In this document: positions 39,991-51,480 of the stretch, piece after piece
How the letters are laid out: each line of letters begins with the position of its first letter
Position numbering within the stretch: position 1 is the first letter of the stretch
Assembly: GCA_002269645.1 (NCBI GenBank)
Contig: NIVC01000291.1
Span: 682,001 to 746,000, forward strand
Length of the DNA stretch: 64,000 nt
From: Macrostomum lignano
Taxonomy: Eukaryota
Direction of reading: 5' to 3'
Made by a program: the position numbers and the translations under genes
The notes under the pieces: model-generated
Told to the model about the DNA's origin: nothing
Database searches by the model: none
Seen by the model: the letters and a program-made list of their open reading frames with translations, nothing else

Positions 39991-41082
39991 ATGTTCGTTA
40001 CGTACCGGCCTTGTGAGTGTCTTCTGCTTCAGCTGTCCATGGAGTCGGCACTCCAGGCTCTGCTTCTACCAGGTCTCCTTGGCTCAGCTTGCTCAGGCTA
40101 CAGGGAGGCAGTTCTGTACAGGACGCGTGGCCACACAAGGCTCTGGCTGTACGTTGCTGTCGCTTTCAATCCAAGCATGGAGAGAAAATCTGAGTGAAGT
40201 GCGCATGAAAAGGGATGAAAGCTTCTTGGGAAGGAGCAGTCGTGTGGGGGCTGCAGAGAAGCTATTGTAGAATTAGACTGGAAAACTGATTATTGCGTAA
40301 ATGCGGAGTCAAAACATCTGACGCACGATTGGTTACTACGAGCTATCACCTCAGGAAACAGGTTTATTTATTAGAGGCAAGGTGCTGGGTACATTGGCGC
40401 ACTTAAAGCGACATTGTCACACAAGCGGCGAAAGTCATTGCTGCCCATTCCGCCGACTCCCCTGAGCAGGCACACTAGCGCGCAGATACGTACGCAGTCA
40501 TCGAGCCGGGGCCGCTGGCACAAACAGAACGCCGCGCCAGACCACGAGGCTCCAGGAGACCTGGACTGGCAAAAACAGCGAAAAGCCAAACAATCGATTT
40601 CTGACTATCTTTGAGACTGAAAGTAAAACAACAGGCAATAGGCTTATCAGGCCATAAAATTTTGCGCATGAGCTTAGTCTGACTCTCTAAAAATGGCCCC
40701 CCATGAAGGCCAAATCGCCCATTCCTGACACCATAAACTTCTAGTGGTCCTTGGCACTATCGCCTTACTTTGCGGCAGCGCCCCCGAAGCCCCCCGCAAA
40801 CAAACTGACCAAGTCAACAGGCCACAAACAGCTCTTAGTTATGCAAGGTGGGTGACAAAAATCTACGATATTCAAAACAGGTCTGTCAGCAGTTAAAAGT
40901 TTGTATTTATAAAAATGTGAGAAATAACACAGCAAACACGTGCAGAATTCTGGAGCGATTGTCACGCAAAGGACTAGCCAGAGCAGCTGAATTCCTGCAG
41001 CCGATGGGTGCCAAACCAAACAGCAGACAATGCCGCAGCGTCAAAGAAGACCGACACCCACAGCGGACTCGAAGCTTCGCAG

Positions 41083-43598
41083 TCACTGAGGCGCAAATGC
41101 CGACATCTCCTCGTCAACGTCCGACGCGGTGGAGGTCGCCGAGGCGGCCGCGCAGGCGTGCACTTTGCGCCGCTTGCCGGTGAGGTGGCCGAGCTTGCTG
41201 GACACGATCCGCTTGCCCCGGCGGGCATCGTCACCCGCGGCCAGCTCGGCGAACGGGTCGTCCGCTGCCGCTGCTGCTGCTATCGAAGAATCGACGAAAA
41301 ATGTCGGCAGAAACGGGGCAGCGGCGGCTCCGGTGGAGCTCTTGGCTGAGGGCAGATCGCCGCGCTGCCGGTGCACCGCCGCCCGGATCGGCCGCGGGAT
41401 CGCCGGCGAGGAGGCGGCGGCGGCAGCTACGGATGACGAAGCCGTCAATGGCGGAGACAGCAGCGCCAACGTAGTCGCCAGGGCGGTGGGCGGGGCGTTG
41501 GAGGCGGGCGCGGCAGACGCGGTGGCTGCCGACGTTGCAAGGCTGTCGGCGTCGTCGAAGGCGTCAGCAATGCCGCAGCCCTGGAAGGCGGCCACAACGA
41601 TGGCTTCGTCGTCCACTGCATCAAGGCTGGTGTCGCTGCCGCATCCGCCACCGAGACTGCCTTCGTCGTCGGCTTCAGCGCCGCTACCGCCGCCGCCGAT
41701 GCCGCTGGACGCTGGTGAGCCGGGCGCCACGGCAGCCGCCAACCTGCCAGCGGCCACCATGACCCGGTCTTGCCGCCCGTCGTCCTCATCATCCGGGCTC
41801 GAGCCGCCCGCCGTTGCTTTTTTCCGCTTTCGCGGCGGCCGCGGCGCCCCCCGGAGAGTCTGCGAAGCCGCCGCAGCCGCAGAGGCCGCGTCGACGAGCA
41901 TCGGGCGCGGCTGCTTGTGGCGGACGCGAACCCGACGGGAGTGGCCACCGGCGGAGCGACCCGGCGCAGCCGACATCGCGGAAGCTGCGGCAGTTCCGGC
42001 AGCGGCGGCGGACAGGGCGGCGGGGTTTACGGCTGTGCCGCCACTGCACTGAGGGGAAGCGGGCGCGGCGACTCCAGCAGCGAGTTCTGCTGAGTCCGCT
42101 GAGTCCAGTTGATGCTGCTGCTGCTGCGCCAAGGCCTGGCAACGAAGATGAGGTTTGCCACGTTCTGAGGATATTAAAAGTGCTTCCCAGTTTTGGGACC
42201 TAAGCAAGGCGCAGGTTTGAATTGGGGGCTGAAACTGCGATTGCCTACTAGAAGCAGTAGTAAGAAAAGAATGTGGAATTGTGTGTAAGAGTTTCGGCAG
42301 CGTAAAAGAGCTTCCTCAAGTCTGCGCTGCACATGCACACACACTGCCCTGCCTTCCCATAGACTCAAGCATGTACATTGTACATGCACACACTCTACCC
42401 TGCCTTCCCATAGACTCAGGCATGTACACTGTACATGCACACACTCTACCCTGCCTTCCCATAGACTCAGGCATGTACATTGCGCATGCACACACTGCGC
42501 CTCGAGGTTCGGCGCTCATGGGTGTGAATAGCAGGTGTCACTCCTGTCCCTCCTATATCTGCAGGTTTCACTATACTACTCAAAGTAGGCGGCCTCACCC
42601 GCAGACTAAGGTTGGCGAGCGCCCTGGCCGCCAGCGAGTCCTCGTCGGATTCGGCGGTGGCGGGCGTGGGCGCGGAGGCCGGGCTGGGCCGCAGGCCCCA
42701 CTGCGGCGGGTGAACAGCGGCGAACCCGGCCTGCGCTGCCACCACGACGGCGGCTGTCGCGGAGGCGGGCAACGGCAGGCAGCCGCTGACATCGCAGCCG
42801 GAGGACTCGGAGCCGCCGTCAGCAGCCGCGTCCAGCTGCTGCTGCTGCCGAATCTGACTGGATCTCCGCCTGCTGCTGGAGGGCCTGAGCAGTGCAGGCA
42901 GTTGCTGAGCACCTGCCGTGTTGTCCATTGGCTGATTGTGAGGCTGCAGAGAAAGCAGAGTTTGGATGGCTGTCAGTCATCATTGCAGCATAAAAAATCA
43001 TGCAGCACTTCACATAGAATTTTAAAGCAATTGGCGATTTCAAATTTCCTTTGGGAAATCCCTTTGGGATTAACTTTAGGAAACTACTTTTTTAAATCAA
43101 TTACAGATAGATAGATTGATAGATGCCTTGCAGCAGCTCATTTTAGATGATTTGATAGATGTAACTTTTATAGGCAATATATTTATCTTCAATAAATTTA
43201 ATTGTCAAAACTGTGACAGCCAGAATGTACACAACCAGCAAGCACCAGTGCAGCCACACTTGAAACCCCCCAACCTCTGTCTAGCTAAGGTGGGGTGTGT
43301 GCACCAGACTAGCTGGCTCGCTAAGCTGGGATGTTGGCAAAGTTTATCATGCTACCTTTTCTCACCCTTCTAGGCCCCTCAATTTTTCACAATTTGAAAA
43401 TATAAATATACATGCAAAGTAGCAAAGTAGCACAAAATCTTCATTGCTATTCCATCTATTAAAATTAAAGGCCTTCTATAAGGCTTCAAAACTATAATGT
43501 AAATAAAAAATGAACACAATTAAATAAAAGCTGTATTAAAAAATCTAACAATAAATTTATCTTAAAATGATAAAAATAAATTGATAAAGACTTACCAT
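41083..43598 (-). CDS. Unassigned low-complexity (Ala/Ser/Gly-rich) protein with basic NLS-like motifs, ~497 aa; exons 43598-43596 (ATG), 42943-42599, ~42228-41083
   Basis: ATG|GTAAGT at 43596 splices in frame to CTCTGCAG|CCTCAC (PHNQPMDNT...). The GTGAGG donor at 42598 is phase 0 and there is a phase-0 acceptor at 42228 or 42234. GC-rich codons; motifs RPPRKRKK and KRIVSSKLGHLTGKRRKVH. Confidence 0.6.
42331..42494. repeat. 51-bp repeat x3 (intronic)
   Basis: CATGCACACACT..CCTGCCTTCCCATAGACTCA.GCATGTACA x3. Confidence 0.85.
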
Positions 43599-46334
43599 AC
43601 ATATATCTGTAGAAACCTAAGGTTACAGTTTTTTATGTTTAATTTTGGTATAGCTAATTACATTATAAAATATATATATGCTAACTATGCAGTACATTAA
43701 TATATATTTAAATGCAAAGGCAAGATTTTAATTTATAGCATTAATATGATTGCATACCTACCTAGATAGATAGATACTGACACCATTTTTAGTATATGGG
43801 TTTAAAAATGTTTTTAAATTTTAAAAAAGCTATACTTCTTTAAAAAAAGTTAAACTTATACGAATATGATATATGGACAAACAAACATTTTTGTATATGA
43901 AAAGATTTGAATTTAGGGAAAGGAGCAACTTGTTTTGTTAGGCCTACTTGTAACTACTCTTCAAATTTTCAGACCTTATCTACTTGCAAATATTAGGAAG
44001 TGTTTGATGAATTAGTTATTTTGAAAGGGAAAAATAGAAATGAGCAACTAAGGATAATACTAAAAAGCATTAAGAACCAGATATTCCAAGACAAAGCTTA
44101 GTGTCATGACACACCAATCTTAGTAATGCCCTGGGCTAGCAATATTATATGCAACTTTATGTGACCTCATGACCCTTAGTAGTATACTACTAATAGTGCT
44201 AAGGCTTATAGAATTAGGCCAAAAATTAATGAGGCCCTATAATAGAGTTTTACTATAGTTATGGATATTGAATTTTTAGACAGAATATATAGATATAAAT
44301 ATGGTATTATAAGAACATATATTTCTCATCCATATCTAGTTCTTGTATCTAGTAATATCATTCAACTAAGACTTGAAAGACCACTAGTGTTATTGATTTA
44401 ATGTAGATAGAGATAAATGAATGTTGCCAGTTTCAAAGTGAGAGGAACTTGTAAGTCCTTGCAATTTAGGAGTTAACTCTTAAGTAACAGACATGTTCAT
44501 ATTGTAGTTGGGTGGTAGGGGCTAGAGAGATGGTAGAAATAAGTTACTATAGGCCTAATGTTTTTGTTTTCACTTTCAAAGCAGATTTTAAGTCTCTATA
44601 TGGATTTAGAGACTTAAACAATAGAGTTTCAATGCTATATACATATTGAGGTTGAGTGATGGAGGCTAATATTAAGATGAATGTTTTCAATTTTAGTGCA
44701 AAGGGGCTCTTAAGTCCTAGGGTTGAGGACTTTTAATAGGCCCTATAAAAACTTTGGTGACACAAAACACAATGGTAGATATTTTAGAGATAGAAAAGTT
44801 ACAACCAGTGAGACCATTGGGTAAAATACCAAAAGTAGCGCAGCAGTGAATAAAAAGCGGAGACAATGTTTTAATGTCCTACTGCTCTAAAAAGACAAAA
44901 ATTTATGACATGCTTTACTATTTTCTAAAGGTGACACTTAGATGTCTTAGTATATAGCTCGATTATTCTAAAATATGGCAGGCACTTTGGCAATCCCCAT
45001 TTCAATAACAATTGCTAACAATATAACAGTATCTAGAGATAGGTGTCTAGTTCGGTGTTTAGAGATAGTCACTTACACAGTTAAATTTAACTAAGCCATT
45101 TTTATTTTATTTAAATCCAAATTGGGGCTGCCCTGGCCTAAGCAAAAAGTTTCTCAGAAAACAAAAAGTTCAAAAGTCGCTAATTTAAAATGTTTAAACA
45201 AACGGTCGATGAACATTACAAAGTCACAACACAATAGATGTGTGAAAAACTTCTATTAGTGTTATTTGTACCGCTTTTAGTCTTTTAAATACTTGAAAAT
45301 AATGTGCAAAGCATGTACGCTTACTGTTAATAGCTTTAGTTCAGTAACTAAAACCTTTGCTTTTGCTTGTGTCAACTAAAGAGTTAATCAATCAATTTTT
45401 TCGCAAACTCTCTATATAACACAGATTTTTAGGTGCTGCAATCATTAGATCTGAATTCTGTTAGGAAAACTGGTGTAGTCTACTATTCGGATCCAGTAGT
45501 CTACTACGTAAGTGTACAAGTACATGTACGTGGTACATGTACGTAACATGCACTGTACATGTATACTACAAATGTACGTACATCTACATGTACTGCAGCA
45601 TGTACTTCTGAATGCAGTCGCAAGTGTTCATGTATTTATTTTGCTCATTTTGTATGTTGTTATCCTCTGCACTAGGCTCTGGTTGTCACGGGTTTTTGTA
45701 CGCGCAGACGAATACAATTTCATGCGCACCTAATTATTTTATGATGGGGGCGCATGTTTGAGGAAGAAAGATCGACGACGCTATATTGTACATGTACTTC
45801 CCACGATATTCTGAATAAATTCGGAAAACATAATGTACATGCAACTTTTGAGACCTAGACGCACATGACCTTGCTGTAATGGAACCGTTTTTTGAGGCAC
45901 ACTTTTACATGTAAATTGACGAAGAAGAAGTTTATACAAAGAGATTTGTTTTTAATGCCCGAAGTACATTTTTTACTGCACACAGTGCTCGCGTGTACTT
46001 TTAATACGGATAAGTGGCGTTGATTTATCCGGCCGGGTTAGTACGCTAGTAAGTACAATACAGCGATTGCGGCATCAATTGCGCGAAGATCCCATCCAAA
46101 ACTGAGAAAAATAAAGAGGAAACAAAACAATTGAAAGGGGATAGTGGCTGTAAAAATCAAAACTTGGCGGTTGTCGAATTCGCATTGAAGAAGACGTTCC
46201 ATTGCTAGTTTTTTAAACCGAGTCAGTATTTCCGGATTATGGAGTACAGTAGTGTATCGTCTCCACGGCCTCTTTAACTGAACAGAAGTCCGTTTGTACT
46301 TTCCCATTGCTCATTAGAAACTCCGTAGGAAGTC

Positions 46335-49300
46335 TCAGTTGCCTGTCGAGCGTGGCTGCGACTCTTCTTTCTTGAAGACATCCATCAGCTCGTCCAGCAC
46401 GGTGGCCACCTTCTGTGGATTGCGCTCGCTCAGGTTGATTCCCTTCACAATCTGCCGCTTCACTTTGGGCTGGACGCGGGCCTTGGCCTCGGTTGTCGGG
46501 ATGTCCTCGTACGGATCGAACAGCGGATTAAAGAAACCCTTCACGTTGCTGTACCTGTGATCGGGTAGTTAAAGTCGGTTTTTGGTCAAAGTCAAGCAAG
46601 ATCATGAAGGTGCGTGAAGCCACGAATGGCACAACTTAGGAAGATCCTGACAGAAACCCAGCTAAGCATTGAAACCTAGTTGGTGCCCAACTGAACTCCT
46701 AATTCTGTCCTAAAACATGGTCGATAGCCCCTGAAAACCTTTCTGACTGGTGCCTAAGGCCAGTAGCCAATAGCTCTAGTAACCTAGCGAATTACGGGTG
46801 CTCCCGCTGAGACTAACGTAAATTTGAACCGCCCAGAATAAAACCGGCCCTGTACATACTTGTCCTTGAGCGACTTGAATACGTTCAGCCGAGTTTTGAC
46901 TTCCTCGAAGATGCTGTCCTCGCGGCCGACCATGGAGCGCCAACCGGGCACCACCCGGTCCACATTCTTGGCGCTGATGCGGTCCTTACCCAGCAGGTCG
47001 TCCGGATTGGCGCCGGCTACCTGGGCATCCTGTACCAGCTTCTCCTTGAACTCGTTGAAGCTGACAATAGGTACGGCCTTCTCCAGTCCGGCCTGGCCGC
47101 TCTTCTTTGGTCGCTTAGTGCCCGAAGCCTTCGGCTTGGCCGCCTTCTCCGTCACTGGACTGGTGGCCGGAATCTCGGCGATGGCCTGGCCGAGCAGTTG
47201 GAATCTCTGGTTGAGCTCTTCGCGGCGGTCCTTCACGAAGTCGTACTTGATCGGCCCGATGTAGATCTTGGTGACGTTGATGCGTTCAGCCAGCTCGCGG
47301 CCGGGCACCAGGGAGCGCGGGTAGGGCGAAATTGGGTTGCGCTTCAGATGCTCCTTCTCGAAGCAATACTCCAGGTAGATATTGTCCTCATTGATGAAGC
47401 GAATGTTCTTGATGATGGCGTCCGGTTTGATCTTCTTCTTGCCCTTCTTCGATTTAGCGTCGTCTTTGGCTGAAAGACGCGCAAAGTCACCATCAAAGTT
47501 TTTGAAAGGACAGCTGAGGCAGATTTACCAAGAAATCAGCCCACTACTAACTTAAAATTTCATGAGATGCATTATATAACTGACGCAGCATGACTTAACT
47601 AAACTGGATAAAATACAACATGAAATTTCGCCTTGTTCTCATAAATTTACAATTAAATAACAACAACAGAAAAAGATTGGAGCCCCCAACTCACAGGAGC
47701 CAGCTTTGCTCTCAGTAATGCTGGTTGTTGGCAGCAGCACCTGTGGGAACGGCACACCAAGCTGCTTGTCACCGAATATCCACTCGCGACGTCGGTTCAT
47801 GATCAGCTTCATCTTCTTGAGCTTGAACTTTGCCTTCATCTCTTTGTCGGATAGAATAAAATAGGAAGCATCCATGATTTCTTCCTCTTGCTCTTGCTGG
47901 AATTGGGAAAAGTGGAAAAAAGGACACTTTATAAATCACGCTGGTGGAACTTCGCGTATCTTGCGTCAAACTCTTGCTCGATTCCGATTGGCATGCAGTA
48001 CTGAACATCAGCTTAAGATTTAAAATATCACCCCATAATTAATAGCCACTTCCCCTACATGACCTACACGCCCCCTTCCAGAATGCAACTAACCTCTTCA
48101 GAATGCTACAGGTCACCCTCACAAATGCTACTTTGAACGTGCCATCAAGTCACCCTCAGAATTAGCCAGATCCCACTCTCAACACGCAAGATAACGAGAG
48201 CCCGATCAGCTTAAAACGGAGTCAAACCACCGTCAACTCCAAGGCGCACCTCCTGAGTCTCATCCTCTTCTACATCGTCGCTTGTCCCGGCTGCGGCACT
48301 GTCGACCTTGTCGTAGCAGACGGGGTGGCCAGGGAAGTCGGGGCCGCACACGGAACTGTTCGGATAGCCGATGTCTGACCTGGCCGTAAAGTTGCGCGGC
48401 GGCTCCTGAACTCCAAACTGGCTGCGGAACAGGAACTTGTCCTGCGTGCCCAGCGGGTGGAAGGCGTACACGTAGGCCTGCGCGGTCTTCACCGGGCCGT
48501 TGCTGGGCAGCAGGTTGCCGGCGGCGAACAGGCGGTTGTTCTGTTTCCAGCTGGAGTCCAGCACCGTACGCTGCTCTGTAGCTCCGTACGGAGTGTCGCA
48601 GTTCATGTCGCCATAGTTAATTGAGCATTTATTGCTGCGCTGGAACGGGAAGTACAGCTCCATGTTGTCCACGGAGTTCTCGGTCGTGTAGATGCCGAAT
48701 TTGAAGCTGGAAGGTAAACACGAAATATACAATTGAAAATCTTGACAAACTGAGCTAATCAATTGGTATGGAATAGTCAAGAATAGAGAGGTATTTCTTG
48801 GCACACAAATTAGAAAGAAGTCAACAGAATGCCCAACTCACCGCTGTTTGTTGTACACGAGTCGCTGGCGGTATTCGGGAAACCAGCGCTCCAGCATGGT
48901 GTTGCAGATCTTCACCATGGTGTAGTCTGGGCCCTGGATCTGCACAATCAGATATTTGATCCATTTAAACTTGCCAACCTGCTTGTTTAGAATTCGGTTT
49001 GTTATGAGGATGACGCACTTTGATTTTCGAGAGCATTTTTTAATGATGGCAGAGTATTGCGGCTTCAGCAGGTTGAGATTCTCGTCTGCGGAAGAAAGTG
49101 GATGCAACAAGACTGATTACTTCGGTTTGGATTCATTCATACGAATTAAGAGACTTGTGTCTGAGCCCTGAGGTGATTTTGTTTCCTAGATATGCATTCA
49201 GCCATCTAAACAAGTTTTGAGCACCTTTCAGGAACAGTAGGTACTCGCAGACAACTGGCTTGTTCTGCTGGTGCCACTTGGCAATGTTCTGGCCAAGCTC

Positions 49301-49857
49301 AACGGCAAATTTGTGCTGCACCCGCTCATCGCTCGTCAGGTTCCCCGACTCGTCGCGGGGCGGAAAGGTCTCGCGCTGGTCAGCGGCGGTCACATGCTCC
49401 CAGTAGGGTCCGAGCAGGTTGTTGTCTGTTGAGGTGAAGGGGCGCAGTTATCTTGTTCTGGCAGGTTAACTGTTGGTTTCAATTAATTTAATTTAATTTA
49501 TATCAGTGTAAATTTTACCCTAACTTTAGCTTTTGCATCGCTGGCAATCTTTTTAATTGCAATTGCAAGTCACTAAAATACAATGGAACCCCGGAAATCC
49601 CAGAAAGCAAGCCTACCTGAGGTGAACATTCGCAGGTTCCTCGGATCATTGAGCTTCTTGTCCAGAAACGCCTGCTTCCTTGCAGCCTTAGCCGCTGCCT
49701 CATCATTGCCCGCGGCGGCGCTGTTATTTGCTGGCGGCTGTTGGTCCTCCTGGATGAGAGCCGAGCCCTGGGCGTTGTTGTTGCCCTGAGAGTTCAGGCG
49801 ATGGCATTCCTGCAGCTCCTGCTGGTCCAGTGGCATTTTTTGAGCGTTCAGCTCCAT
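46335..49857 (-). CDS. Unassigned (orphan) 7-exon protein-coding gene, ~724 aa; exons 49857-49617, 49425-49225, 49085-48842, 48706-48250, 47896-47695, 47469-46860, 46554-46335
   Basis: GC-rich open exon frames join through GT-AG introns with matching phases (1, 1, 2, 0, 1, 2), and 2175 nt is divisible by 3. The exon 2 donor (GTGCTC) is weak, and a possible extra 39-nt intron lies inside exon 3. No recognisable family motif. Confidence 0.75.
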
Positions 49858-50312
49858 TTTCAAGCAGGCACAGACAGCTTAGCTGGATTTGGGTCTTTCG
49901 GTGCTTCAATTCGGTATCAAGTGAATTGCGATTAAGTGCCAACTGTTTCTTCGGCTTGACTTGAAAGACGGGGCATTGACTGACTTCAATCACATAGACA
50001 TGCGCACAGCCTCCCTCCCGGACCAAACAGCGTTTAGGCGTTCGGGCCATAGACAGCGATATACTTGAAGTATTTAAGCTGTCTCAGCCAAGCAAAGCAA
50101 CAAAAGTTTGCTTTGACACTCGCACTTGCAGAGTTGCAGCTCGAAGAAAGAAGATTTGCGCACTCGAAACCTAGAGATAAATCTACCATTTTTAGGAAGC
50201 TGTTTGAATCGACCTTGAAGAAGGCATGTTGCATCTCATAAAGCATAGAGAAAACGATTTTCCGGGATAATATTAAACAAAGTGAAAGCTAAAAACGAAA
50301 AAATAAATACAA

Positions 50313-50682
50313 GGTCTGGTCTGGTCTGGTCTGGTCTGGTCTGGTCTGGTCTGGTCTGGTCTGGTCTGGTCTGGTCTGGTCTGGTCTGGTCTGGTCTGGT
50401 CTGGTCTGGTCTGGTCTGGTCTGGTCTGGTCTGGTCTGGTCTGGTCTGGTCTGGTCTGGTCTGGTCTGGTCTGGTCTGGTCTGGTCTGGTCTGGTCTGGT
50501 CTGGTCTGGTCTGGTCTGGTCTGGTCTGGTCTGGTCTGGTCTGGTCTGGTCTGGTCTGGTCTGGTCTGGTCTGGTCTGGTCTGGTCTGGTCTGGTCTGGT
50601 CTGGTCTGGTCTGGTCTGGTCTGGTCTGGTCTGGTCTGGTCTGGTCTGGTCTGGTCTGGTCTGGTCTGGTCTGGTCTGGTCT
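50313..50682. repeat. Perfect (GGTCT)n pentanucleotide microsatellite, ~74 copies
   Basis: Direct observation, 370 bp. Confidence 0.97.
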
Positions 50683-51480
50683 TCCACTAGATACTCCAAG
50701 TGGAACCAGTCAGGGAGACATGGCACATCCACAGTGGCATCGTTCATTCATCCGTGGGCTGTCCCACCAAAAAGCAAGTTTAGTCTCGTCCGATTTTTCA
50801 TTTATGCAGAACGGATAGGCGACTTTCAGAGCGCCTTCTCACACAATTTGGCATGATTTCAATCTTGGTTCAATCGGCTTTGATGATTTTAATTTTAAAG
50901 TTGAATAAATTGTCCAAAAGCAGAACTTTATAGTTTTCAGGGCCGTAGTTCATCTTTAGTAGTTCACCTTACCATACGAGCAACGGCTGCGTGGCTGCAC
51001 GCCTCAAGCCAGATTTTCCAGCCTGGCCAAAGCATGGCAATATTGTTTAGAAGCCTGACCCATTTCACACAAGAGGCACGCTCTTGCACTGCCTTGGAGA
51101 CTGTGTCTGACTCTCTCATCTCTCAGCCCCCTTTGCCTGGCTCAGTGCTCGCACGGCCTGTACAGGCTTGTAGTAACTCTGCAGACTGTGGGTGTGTAGG
51201 ACTGCCAATTTTTCTTTCTTGAGCGTTTTTAGAATGTACATACGTTGTCCGAAGACAGACAGCTTTGACTCGGAACTCTGGCTGAGTAATTTCAAGTGAT
51301 TATAAAACAGCTTTCTCGATCCGGTGCTGAAACCTTGCAAGGTTGCGCCAGGTCTAAGCCAGATTTAGAAAGATTCTGAGGATCGATGAGGTAGGCAGAT
51401 CTTGCCATAAGACTTCCAGAACAGATCCGCTACGTAAAAAATCTTAGAAACCTTGACAGAGCCAGCCGCGCCTCTGCAGA

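Noticed and set aside
46038-46307. 89-aa ORF with a hydrophobic C-terminus downstream of the orphan gene
   Set aside because: AT-rich codons, no splice or homology support; probably 3' UTR or intergenic.
49620-49720. Similarity between the orphan N-terminus (AAAGNDE...FLDKKLND) and the 63-kb ORF N-terminus (AAANE...LQKKMAD)
   Set aside because: Short, Ala/Lys-biased helical sequence, likely a compositional coincidence.
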